Shown here in pieces: positions 16,467-28,060 of a stretch of 64,000 nucleotides of DNA. The translations under genes and the position numbers were made by a program. The stretch is from the IMG/VR virus record IMGVR_UViG_3300046169_000098; one strand, 5' to 3'. Positions within the stretch are counted from its first letter, which is position 1; each line of letters opens with the position of its first letter. The DNA is from an uncultured virus (IMG/VR IMGVR_UViG_3300046169_000098) (Duplodnaviria > Heunggongvirae > Uroviricota > Caudoviricetes). The notes below the pieces were generated by a model, which was given only the letters and a program-made list of their open reading frames with translations, searched no databases and had not been told where the DNA came from.

Positions 16467-19400
16467 TTAGACTAAGTCGTCAATATTACTAATCTTAACA
16501 CCACTTCTAACTAATACTTTAGTTAATGTATTAACGGCTGCAACTACTTGAGCAGAGTCTCCGCCACCACCACCAGGTGATTCCATCTTTAAATGCACCA
16601 ATGGCACCACCGATGCCACCTGCTGCTTTTTCAAGAATACTTGCATTTTCTGCATTACCTTCACCGACCGAAGTTTTAAATTGCTCAATCATATCTGCTA
16701 AATTCTGTAATGCATCTTCTAAAGATTCTCCCATTGCAGCAAGTATATCATCTGGACTATCTCCGCTTGCAAGAACCGCAAGTGCTTCAAACATTTGTCT
16801 GGATTCTTTAAGTTTAGTAAGATCCATTGAATTAATAGATTCAGCAACTTTAGGGAATGCAGAAGAGTTAGCAGTCATGTTTCTGCCGATAGCATTCCAC
16901 AATTCAGCTTGAGCTCGGTATCCTGCGATAGGTCTTAGGTAGCTTACAGGACCAATGAACATTTCCTTCATAGTCACTGCGTTGACTTGATTTAAACCAT
17001 TGATAGCTGCTGTAATTTTTGGAATAGAATTACCCATTATACCAAATGTGGTACCAACTGTCATAAATAATGCCATTTTGGCTCCTGCCAATGCAGGATT
17101 CCAAGCATTACCTCCAATTACTTTAACAAACGAGTCCATTTGTTCTTTTACTAAACTGTTAATAGCTGCAGTCATTTTTGGAATTGCCCATGACATTTTA
17201 CCATATGCTGTACTAAGTCCCTTTAACATCATTAGTTTAGGAACTAAAGTTTTCGGTGTTGATTCACCACCAAAAATACTCATAAATGCTTTACCCTTTT
17301 TAGCTTCGAACCCATTTACAGCGGTTACTATTTTGGGTATAGCATAACTAAATATATCGTAGTTGTGGCCTAGGGCATTTATCATCCTAATTGCCGTTTC
17401 TATTTCTGATTGTGATTTTTCTCCACCAGCTTCAGTAATAGCTTGAATCATAGCTTTAACCTTTTCTTGAACCTCTTGAGCGTTCGAAATATCCTTAACT
17501 ATATTTGCAGCGTTCTTTGCAGCTCCCGCTAATTTCTTAAATGGATCTGCAATTTTTTCAACTAGAGCAATACCCTTTTCAAACTTGGTAGGTTTCCAGA
17601 ATGACCATCCTCTACCTTTAGCAGCTTCACTACCACCAATAGTAGTAAATACGTTTGTTAATGCCTTAATTAGCATTTGTGAATTTTTTTCAATCTTAGG
17701 TACAATTTTATCTAGATCTGAAATAGTGTAATATCCAGTGGCTTTACCTTCAGCATCATATCCTTTAGCAAATTTTAAATTAGCCATATCTTGAACACCT
17801 GTTGCCAAGTTTTTAAGAGGTGTTCCCATGCCCTTGTGCTAGATCAATACCTTTTTGTATTGTAGACTTTCCTCCCCACCAACTAGTTTTGGCATTAGGC
17901 GAATTACCTATTTGTGCAAAAGTACCTGATAATGCTGTTATCAAAGTTTTAGTGTTTGCTGTAACTGTTTTAGCATGTTCTAAATTAAAAACCTCAAATC
18001 CTGTCGGTTCGCCCGTTTCTGGATCAAAACCTGTTGGCATTTTAAGCATTGCCATGGCTTGTACACCCATTGCTATACCAGTTAAAGCTTCACCCATACC
18101 CTGTACAGAAGAAATACCGTCTGCTACTGGATTAGATTCACCTCCACCAAATATAGAAGCTAAAAGTCCTTTTTTACCACCACCTGGTAATTTAATTTGT
18201 TGACCAGTTTCTGGATCTGTTATTGTAAGACCATTACCAATCATAGCAAATGGAACTGCTAATGAACCGACCATAGTTACTGTATTTTCAATAACTGTTT
18301 TCCAAATATCTCCAGATAGTGTTTCATATCCTGTAGCATTACCTTCTTTATCAAATCCTGTTGGGAATTTAAGATTTGCCATGTTTTGAACACCTTTAGC
18401 AATACCTGTTAATGCTGCTCCCATTCCATGTACAGAAGAAATACCCATAGCTACTGGATTACTACCACCTAAGCCGAAGAAACCACCTCCACCACCAGTG
18501 AATTTAATTTCTGTGTCTTTCCCAGTCATTGGATCCTTAACAGTAAGCGTTCCACCTCCACCTATTAAATTAAAAGGAACTGCTAATGAACCGACCATAA
18601 ACGCTATATTTTCAGCTAGCGTAGGTAAATCAGCCTTCTCAGATATTTTTTGGAATTTATTAATACCTATACCAATTGATATTAATGCTAAACCTGCGGT
18701 TAACATTGCTGCTGATCCTAATAATATACCAGCTGCTTCCCATGGCCACATATTGAAACTATCTCCAATTTGACTCATTAGTACACCTAAATTTGTTCCA
18801 TCACCAGATGGGTGCTGTGCTAATAACTTTTTAGATTTATCCATTCGCTGCGCCCATGGCTGCAACACCACCTGCAACAGTGATCAATGCAACACCAGAA
18901 ACTAACATTGCCGCGGCACCTGCCAATATAAACGGAGATGCTAAACCAAGTAAACCGAATTCTACGGCTATCATCGCTACTAAAGCACCTATTTGACCGA
19001 TAAGTTCCCAACCTCCTTTTTCAAGTGGCTTTTGGATCATTCTTACTGCAAGCGCTATTAATATTATAGACACACCTGCTAAAATCATTGCGATAGCACC
19101 TTGTTGAATTAAACTAGCTCCTAAACCTATAACTACGAATGCAGCTGCTATTCCTGCTACTACTAAAAGAGGCATAAATGATTCGAGTGTCATTTCTCCA
19201 GGTGGAATTAATGCATTTAAGATTAGAAATGCTAATGCTACAACTACTATCGCCAATGAAGCCCATAATAGAGCTTTAGCACCTGTCATGATTGGTTTTT
19301 GGAACACCCCTATTATTGCAAATGTTACACCAATAATTGCTAACATTTTAATAGCTGCCCAAATTGTTTCCATATCTGGAATTAAATACTTAAATATTGC

Positions 19401-20351
19401 GAATGCAAGACCTAAACCAACAATGGCGATACCTGCCATGGCAATTGCCATAATACCTTCTCGCATGCTTTTGTCAACTCCCATCTTATCTAGCATCCAG
19501 AACATTAATCCCATTACTAATATAATACCTAGTGCCCATATAGCACCTTTCATTGCTTGTGGCATTATTAATTGAACTAATGCGAATGAAACAGCCATGG
19601 CTAATATACCAAGACCCAATAACATCATTCCCGTTCCAAATTCTTTTAATCTTTTACCGTCTAGGATACCTAACATCTCAAGCACCTTTAGAGTTATACC
19701 TATTATACCTAACATAATAGCAACCCCTACAGCTCCTTTAATTGCAGGTCCTATAAATAAAGATATTAAAGCCAGTGATCCAGCAAAAACTAAAAGGGCT
19801 AAACCTACTTTTTTAAGCTGTGCTAATGCCTTTAACTTCTTTTTATCTAGTATTTTGGCCACTAACATCACTGCACCAATTGTCGCAAAAAGAGCTATCG
19901 CTATTAAGGGCGATGCCATTGCTGTTATTATTAAAAGTGGAATTGAAAGTGCCATATACCCCGCGAATGCGAATATAGACTTACCGACTGCCCCTAGTTT
20001 TGATAAAGCGCCAGCAATGCTTTCCATTTGCTTAGCCTTTTTCTCACCGTCAGGTCCTAATTTGTTAAGTGCTTCAACTATGTAACCTAAACCTGTACCT
20101 ATTGGTTTTAGTGTAGGTGCCATGATAGCCATGGCCATAGCTTCTTTAATACTTGTCTTATTACCTCCGCCTCCAGATTTACCGGAAGCCATATCCTCTA
20201 ATACTGTTACTAGAGCGTCGATTCTAGAATACAAATCTCCACCTACTGAAACTGCCGCAGCAGTTACTTTAGCTGATTCATTGAGTTCTTCAATCGCCTT
20301 GCTCTGCGCCCCCATTCTATCGAAGGCGTTTTTCATGAAATTTAAATTCAA
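16467..20351 (-). CDS. Tape-measure-like protein (~1290 aa; frameshifts near 18840, 17828, 16575)
   Basis: Ala/Gly/hydrophobic-rich with internal repeats; follows tube and chaperone genes; four consecutive ORFs join by single-base shifts. Confidence 0.7.
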
Positions 20352-20427
20352 GTTTTAGAGAAATATTTTTTAAGTATGTGGTGTGCTGATCGTTAGACCA
20401 GCACACCGTCTCTCATACTATATATCT

Positions 20428-20710
20428 TTACAATTTCGGCATCTTAAACGAAGGTGCTTTCATTGATGGAACTTTGGGCATCTTAGGAGAGGACTGCGAT
20501 CTCATAGCGGCCGATTGTTTCTCCTGTTGTTCTTGTTGTTCCGATGTTTGTTTATTCTTAGCCTTAATGTACTCTTGAAGATTTTGAACATAATACCAAT
20601 ATTCATAGTAGTACATTTCTTCAATCTCCGAGGGCTGCATTCTAAGATGTATACCCAGGTAGAACTTAGTCTTAAAGTAGTTCTGCAGAGAGATCTGAAA
20701 TAATGAAAAG
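20428..20710 (-). CDS. Tail/baseplate assembly chaperone, second ORF
   Basis: SLQNYFKTKFYL...SEIEEM..YE...YV..L resembles the small T4-like baseplate-hub chaperone ORF; overlaps the upstream gene in the +1 frame. Confidence 0.55.
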
Positions 20711-21667
20711 ACTTTTGATGCCACCTGGGAAGTCAAGAGGGGCCGTTGCGATCTCCCCATCGATTTCTGTTTCAAGTGTTGTTTGTACACCAATTCTCAT
20801 TTTTTCTGCTAATCTATAAACGATCATGTATTTTCTATCATCCCAACCTTTATAATCAACTTCTAATTGAAATATCTTAGGAAGTGATAAAGATCTCCAA
20901 TCACCAACAATATATGGTAAAACTTGAATAAATGCTTTATCCATTTCGATCTCTTTTTCTTGACGATCTTTTAAGTAAGCAGTTACTTCTTCCATTACAC
21001 CAATTGTAGGTGGTTTCATTCTGATTTCACCAGCTGATCTAGTTTGGATTGTGTAGATTCTTTCTCCAGAATTGTAATATTTTTCAATTTCTGGTTCAAT
21101 CACAGTAGGTACTAAGTTTTTAGTTGCTAATTCAATTTCAACTGTCTTTTTACCTTTTTTAGTTTTACCCTTTAGGATTAACTTATTTTCAGGTTCTGGG
21201 AAAGTTAAGTCTCTAATACTCAAAAGAAGTACAATTCTGTCTTCTTCTAAAATATCTTTGTAAGATAATCTTCTATCACCTGACATGATTTTAGCACAAG
21301 ATTCTACAATAGCGTTTAGCTTTTCTTCCATGTCGATATAATTGTTATCGTCCATTGTAGAGAAATGTCTAATCTCTGCTGCCTTTGCAGATCTAATCTT
21401 AATAATAGTATCTGCTGGATAGAATTTACCCTTTGAAGGCAAATTATCTAAATTCTCAACATGCCATCCTAATAGATCATCAGAAGGTGCAGCTTTTGGT
21501 GGGTTAAATGAACCCATATTAACTTTACCTAATCCTTGACTATCGATTACGGCTTCCATGTTAGAAACTTCTTCTGTGTTTTCTGGAACAGAAGATTGAT
21601 TAATAGCGTCCTTTGACTCTAGAGCCCTTTTAGCCGCTTCTTCTTTTTTGTTTAATTCGTCACTCAT
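20672..21667 (-). CDS. Baseplate hub/tail assembly chaperone (T4 gp26/gp51-like)
   Basis: LPSKGKFY, DRIVLLLSIR and MKPPTI motifs; lies between tube and tape measure genes. Confidence 0.65.
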   Translation of the reverse strand: MSDELNKKEEAAKRALESKDAINQSSVPENTEEVSNMEAVIDSQGLGKVNMGSFNPPKAAPSDDLLGWHVENLDNLPSKGKFYPADTIIKIRSAKAAEIRHFSTMDDNNYIDMEEKLNAIVESCAKIMSGDRRLSYKDILEEDRIVLLLSIRDLTFPEPENKLILKGKTKKGKKTVEIELATKNLVPTVIEPEIEKYYNSGERIYTIQTRSAGEIRMKPPTIGVMEEVTAYLKDRQEKEIEMDKAFIQVLPYIVGDWRSLSLPKIFQLEVDYKGWDDRKYMIVYRLAEKMRIGVQTTLETEIDGEIATAPLDFPGGIKSLFIISDLSAELL

Positions 21668-21668
21668 A

Positions 21669-21890
21669 TTATTTGTCTTTTAGGTTTTTAAGTGTTTGTT
21701 TTAAAATTGATTTTTGATCGGGTGTTTTTAAAGATAACTCTTTTTGAATAAGATCTCGTATCCATGCACTTACTGATACTGGGCGAGTTTCTGTTTCTAA
21801 TGCTTCATTTAAAATAACCCGATTAACCTCTCGTACTTCGGCTTCTGTTAGAAGCACTTGGAGTTTTTTGGTTAATTTATTGTTATTCAT
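21669..21890 (-). CDS. Small ribbon-helix-helix-like protein
   Basis: KKLQVLLTEAE...SVSAWIRDLIQKEL; likely start MNNNK. Confidence 0.5.
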   Translation of the reverse strand: MNNNKLTKKLQVLLTEAEVREVNRVILNEALETETRPVSVSAWIRDLIQKELSLKTPDQKSILKQTLKNLKDK

Positions 21891-21977
21891 AATATTTTGA
21901 TATGTTAATAATATAATATATTTTCTGTGCAAAATAAAAGGAGAAGATACAGAAGCATCCTCTCCTTTAAATTTATC

Positions 21978-22535
21978 TTAGTTTAGTTCTTCAGCCCAAA
22001 CATCAGCTCTCCAAGTGATCTCTAATGTTTGTGGATCAGCAGTTTCATAGTTTAATTCACCTGTGAAACCAACTCCAGAAGTAATGAAACAATCATCAAG
22101 TGTTACCTTTCTGTAAATATCTCCTTCTCTGTTGAATTGTACGATTACAATTGTACCTACGTAATTCTTTTTAAGACCCATTTCACCAGTTTCTGGATTA
22201 TATTGAGATCTGTACCATTGTCTTATAGTCTTGTATAAGTAAGCTTGGTTAGAATCGTTTAGGTTTAATGTAAAGTTAACTGTTACGTCAATCGCAGTTC
22301 CGTCAGGCATACCAGCAAATGATCTGGTAGCAAACTTGTACTTTTGTTCAACCGCAGCTACTTCCCTGTGTAGAGTGTCAAGTCCTGAGATAGAGTTAAT
22401 GTGCTGTAATAACATTCCTTGTCCTGTTACACCGTCTGGTGGTAAGATTGTTACTTCGAACAGGTTAGCCTGTACAGCTTCAAAATTTCTACCTTTCTTT
22501 TGAGTTTGATCCTCTGAATAATGTGGTAAAGCCAT
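21978..22535 (-). CDS. gp19: Tail tube protein (gp19-like)
   Basis: NLFEV, IRQW...YNPETG, LDDCF..ELNY; downstream of the sheath gene. Confidence 0.8.
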   Translation of the reverse strand: MALPHYSEDQTQKKGRNFEAVQANLFEVTILPPDGVTGQGMLLQHINSISGLDTLHREVAAVEQKYKFATRSFAGMPDGTAIDVTVNFTLNLNDSNQAYLYKTIRQWYRSQYNPETGEMGLKKNYVGTIVIVQFNREGDIYRKVTLDDCFITSGVGFTGELNYETADPQTLEITWRADVWAEELN

Positions 22536-22572
22536 AATTTTTATCTTTGTTTATTTTATATATCTAGTTTTC

Positions 22573-25444
22573 TTATGCAAAGTTACCTGTTGCGATTTCT
22601 CCTGTATTCAAGATTGTTACTCTCGATACTAAGATTTCAAGACCTTTAACTGGCTCAACGTAAGTATCTAAAATACCCATGTTGTTGTCAATAACTTCGT
22701 TAGTGTTGTTAGTTCCGTCCATGATGTTTCTGTAATCGTAAACACCTTGATCTTTCTTAACTGACTCCATAAAGTTGTCTGCTAAAGTTTTAATCTCTAA
22801 TCTAGTTTGAGCAGTATTAAACTCGAACAAGTAGTTCTTCAATATCTCAGCTAAACCATCTTCGATGTAGATCATTGCTTCTCTAACGTGTGCAGAAGAT
22901 AATGCTGATTGAATTCCTTGTTGTGCAGTTTTGTTACCTTTGATTGTAAGACCAACGCCTCTTTCGAATACGATTGGGTTGTAACCAAATGGCTCAAGTA
23001 CATCTCTGTCATTCTTATCGAATGCAAATTCAACACTTTGTACACCTGTACCACCAACAACACCTCTTCTTGGTCCTGCGATGATTGACCATGGTAAAGC
23101 ACTTGTATACTTATCAATGTAGTTGTTAGATACGTAACCTGCTGGTGGAATTACCAACGTTTTACCGTTCTCAAGTACATTTAAACCAGGACCATAGTAG
23201 AATCCGTAGTTAGCACCTTCGTTGATTGAAGGTAGTGTATACAATAATGATGGATTTAAATCTAAATTACCACCAGTTGCTATTCGTGTTAACATCAAAT
23301 GCTCCAGATAAAGTATTTAAGAATGAAGGATTTGTTGATTTCTTCAATTCTTTTACCATTGGTGCATTTAGGATAGCTGATGCGTTTTGTCTTTCTTTAC
23401 AAAGAAGTGTTAATTCTTCTTTATTTAAGATAGTACCATCTTCTAATGATCCAAAAGTATCAACAACATATCTAAATGTAATGTTATCTTTGTCTACTAA
23501 TGCATTACCTAAACCAGTACCTGGCTTAATTGCTGCCATTAATTCTGCAATTTTCTTAGGCGTATGTGTTGCGCCATTTAATGGGAACATTGTATAAAGT
23601 TCAGTAGATTCTTCGTATCTCTTAAGAGCATGTCCAGGTCTTTCGTTCTCAACATCTCTATGAACTTGGAATTCATATTTAGTAGTTGTACCATCTACAA
23701 CTTTTACTTTTCTTTGAATTTTAGCTAAGTTTCCGCTTTTAGTAGGAATGTACATTCCAACCTTAACGTCTGCCCAGTTAAATGGATCTAGTTCTGTACC
23801 AGTGTAAGAGTAAATAATTTTACCTGCACCCATATCATCAAAGCTCCATCCTGAACCAACGTTTGGTAATAATACCGCTCTGTCGTTAGGATCAACCACA
23901 GATACTAATGCCGTTTCGGTTGCTTTTCTAACTGAAGCTTGTAATGTAGTAATACCTGTTAAGCCGTTGAAAGATGCAGAGAATGCTTCTCCACCTGCAG
24001 GTGCGATTCTAATTTGATCTCCGTCTTGACCATAATTAACATCAACTGCTGAAATAGCAACAAATTCACCATTAGATGCACTTGGTAAGAAGTTTCCTTC
24101 TAATACTTGACCTTGTGTCCATGCGTTACTTGATATGATAAGAGAACCATCAACATCAACTGTAATATCTACGCCTGTTACCCATGTAGCCGGTGCAACA
24201 TTTGCAGCGTCACTGTCATATGCTTCATATTCAACTTTGTCAAAAGTACCTTCTTCAGTTTTAATAGTAGAACCTATAATGTTGCCAGATCCGTCTACTC
24301 TGTTTTCAACAGATGAGATTTGTAACCATTCTCCTGAAACTGATGAGTTTAAGAATTTACCAGGTACAACTGGAGTTGATAATAGTGCTAAATCTGCAGC
24401 AGATAAATCAGCTACTTCTAATTCATTACCATCAACAATCATTACTTTACCAAATTCAACGTCATCTGATGTTACAGTTTGGTCAACTCTGTGTGAAAGT
24501 ACTTGATAATCTTGGTAGATATTAAAGTTTTTACCTACTAGATCGATTCTTTCTAATGCTTCTTCATTAATTGCACAGAATAAACCAGTTCTTCTAGCTT
24601 CAAGATTAATTAAAGTCTCAATGTATAATTGACGACCTTCATTATCCATAAAGTCAGGAATAAGTGATCCAGTGTATTGTGCTAATAAAGTAACTTCTCT
24701 TAGTGCAGCAAATTTTGAAAGCTCAGATCTTTTAAGACCGCTTTGTTCAAACATTTCACCATATGTTGGGTCATTGTTTAATGTAGCTGCATCAAACTTA
24801 CCTTTGAAGATCATTACATCTACCATGTAGTCAGATACGTATTCTAATTCTTCGATTCCTTCTGGAATGTTAGCTTCTCCGTACCATTCTCTTGCTGTTA
24901 AGTTAAAACCTTCAGTGTTAGCAGCTTGTCTGATAATGATAGTAATAGGATCTTGCTTGATATTTACAAATGAAATTGCGTTATCAGAAGTCTCTTCTTC
25001 ATTATTTGCAGCAGCTAATAATTTATAGTCAGCTGGATTCCAGAATTTATCTGTATCGAAAACTGCACTATATTGTGCTTCTAAGTTTATTGCCGTTCCA
25101 CCTTCTTGACCAGAATTAGTTGAAGGAGATACAATTGCTACTTTGTCAGCTGCGTCTGCTTCAGTTAAGTTTAATGCCAAGATTGGGCCTCTTGATAGAG
25201 TTTCGATTGCAGATCTGTGGAAAAACATTCCTTTCTTTTCTAAAGACTTATCTACACCGCCAAAAACTTGTGTGAACTGTTCAACATCTTCGATGAATAC
25301 TGGAGTATTGTAAGGACCTTTTTTAGATCTACCTACAACTAATCTAATAGTTTCAGCTGGAATGTTAACAGTCTGTGATTTGTCAAACTCTAGACGATAT
25401 ACGCCTGAGCTTTTGAACTGTTGTAATTGAGGACTTAATGCCAT
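22573..25444 (-). CDS. gp18: Tail sheath protein (gp18-like; frameshift near 23288)
   Basis: SSGVYRLEFDKS, KGPYNTP, PWSIIAGPRRG, GNKT, LFEFNT..TR motifs. Confidence 0.9.
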
Positions 25445-25502
25445 AATTTTTCTAGTTTATTTTTTTGTTCTTTTATTATATATCCGTTTCCGTTTAGTAA
25501 AT

Positions 25503-27336
25503 TTATTTAAGCAGATCATAAATGTCAAACTGTAAATCCCCTTGCTCAGAGTTATCTTTAAATAAGATCCTTTCCATTGCATCGTGGACATCAGGGTCAA
25601 TGACATCTAAGAGTTCCTCAATATAATCTGCATAGTCTGTAGTATTAAAAAATTCTGTTCCAGTAATCGCTGTCATAATGGTATCGTCATTTCCCATTTG
25701 AGCTCCGTAACTTCCATTTCTTAATGTACCAAACAAACTAGCTTCTACTATCGTTGATTCATCTGTCAAATCTAATCTATTTATCTTGTATAATTTTGCA
25801 AAATTCTGACAAAATATTGCTTTATTATCTGTTTTTAATTTTATTCCTGGTTTTAGTGTTTTACTATCATGCCTGTGTTTAAATCTAACAATCATCTCTT
25901 CATCAAAATCGTTTCTTTGCGGAAACACAGTTCCTAAGTATTGGAAAAGTACAGTACCATATGTGTTGTATTCTACTACCATCTTAACATTCTCTGGATT
26001 GAAAATATCAACACTTAGCGTATATAGTATTTTAGCAAAATCTTCAATAACGTGTTCGTTAGACCTAAAGACTGCAACTTGTTTAAATTTAAAGAAATCA
26101 TACATCGCTCCAGGATTTACAACGTTTTGTATTTCTTGTTCATTCATGTGATCTATTTTAAAAATATTAATCACCTGAATAATCCCCTCCATTTCCTTCT
26201 GCTATATCTACTGAAAATAACCAAAAATTACCACCATCTTTACATGTTTCAATATCAAAGTCAGGGTCCCATGTTAAATAGTCTTTTACATCAATACTAA
26301 TGTAATCAAATTGATCAAACTCGTTATGAATATATTTTTTCATACGCTTACGCATTTTCTTCATATCGACAGGATCTAAAAGAAGGTTTGAAGACGAAAC
26401 AAATTCATTTCCATATTGTTTATTAAATGCTTCAATAGTACCTAAATTTGCCAGCTCTCTTTCATACCAAGCGTCATCTCTGTCGGGGTGTTCCCACCAA
26501 TCAATACGCATTGCATGGTATTCGTTATCACCTCGTTCTGCAGCGGCATAAATATTATAAAATTTATTAAATCCGTTTGGTGTAGAAGTAATAGTAATTC
26601 TAGAAACTTTAGAAGACGATAGCGTTGGATATACATTTTCATAAAAAGTATCGGCTATCGATGGGTGAATGTGGGCAAACTCATCTAAGTATAGGTTGTG
26701 AATTGTAAAACCAATACCTGATTTTGCTGTAGTTGATTGTCCTATTAATCGACAACCATTATCACATCTCACATTCATCACGTCATATTTGATAATACCA
26801 GGCTTCATGAAGAATGGTAAATTTTCAACTACAACTTTTGCTTTATCTATAATTTCCTTTGTTGAGTCAGATTTATTAGCTAATAAAAGTGTATTTTTGT
26901 CTGTGTTAAAAGTAACATACCACGCATTAAATATTGATGCAGTTACTGTTTTACCCATTTGTCGAGATGCAAGAACAATGTTAAATCTTTCATTTTGAAA
27001 GTTTCTCAACATTCTTTTTTGATATTCTCTAAGTTTTACTTGTTGAATACCATCATCTGTCATTACTACTGCATATTTTTCTGCAAAGTAAACGATGTCT
27101 TGAGCACATCTAGCTAATTCAGTAATTTCTTCATCTGTGTATTCAAATACAATATTACCTTTACGTAGAAACTGTTTACCTTCATAAAATGGCATTGCAA
27201 CCTTTGGCCTGTACCCTTGATCAAGTGCAAGCATAAGATCGTCTACTTGTTTAGTAGACCAAACAATCCTATCAGAAGCTGCTTGTGCAGTGTCTTCTTT
27301 TGGTATCCATTTATTGTCTCCTACGTAATCGCTCAT
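25503..27336 (-). CDS. gp17: Terminase large subunit (gp17-like; frameshift near 26173)
   Basis: SRQMGKT, LYLDEFAH, ITSTPNGFNKFY, VDIAEGNGGDYS, NDDTIM. Confidence 0.93.
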
Positions 27337-28001
27337 TATTCTTCGTCAGACTCTTCTATATCGACGTCTTCTATATCTTCTTCTTTTGTTTGATTAATAC
27401 CTGCTTGAATTGCAGCCATTAGATCTTTTGTACCCCTTTGTACATTTCTTTCTGATGAATCTCCACCGGCTGCTTCAATTTCTGCAACATCATCTCTTTT
27501 TCTATAAATCTCAATATCTCTGGCTATTCTTTTAGTAGATTCTTCTGCAGCCATTAAATACATGGTCTGAGATTTAATAATATCTAACATTGATTTCTGT
27601 AGAGTTGCAAGTACTTCGAACATTCTTGGTGCCAATTCTCCAGAATCTATAGTTTCTAATAGTGTTGTAAGTGCTCTTTCGCCTGCCTGTAGTTGATAGA
27701 TCAATGACGACATTGTCATTTCATCCATTTTCTTTTTTGCTTGAATATATTCGTCCTTTTCAATAATATCTGCATCGAGATAAAATTTCATCAGGGACGT
27801 AATAGTTTTTGTTGCTTTTTTAGCAGCACTTGATTTTAATTCGGTATAATTTACAGGAGCTAAACTAGTTTCTCTCTGTATCATTGGTAAATCGGTCGGA
27901 TCTGTTTCTACATCCATTTGATTTTCACCTATTAAAGCATCTAATTCTTTTCTGATTTCATCAGCTTGATCCGAAATGCTTTTCTTTTTGTCTTCGCTCA
28001 T
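27336..28001 (-). CDS. gp16: Terminase small subunit (gp16-like)
   Basis: PRMFEVLATL motif; coupled to the large subunit. Confidence 0.7.
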   Translation of the reverse strand: MSEDKKKSISDQADEIRKELDALIGENQMDVETDPTDLPMIQRETSLAPVNYTELKSSAAKKATKTITSLMKFYLDADIIEKDEYIQAKKKMDEMTMSSLIYQLQAGERALTTLLETIDSGELAPRMFEVLATLQKSMLDIIKSQTMYLMAAEESTKRIARDIEIYRKRDDVAEIEAAGGDSSERNVQRGTKDLMAAIQAGINQTKEEDIEDVDIEESDEE

Positions 28002-28060
28002 ATTATTATATTATAATCTATATATCTAATAAACCATTGTAACAAATATTTGTTACTAAT

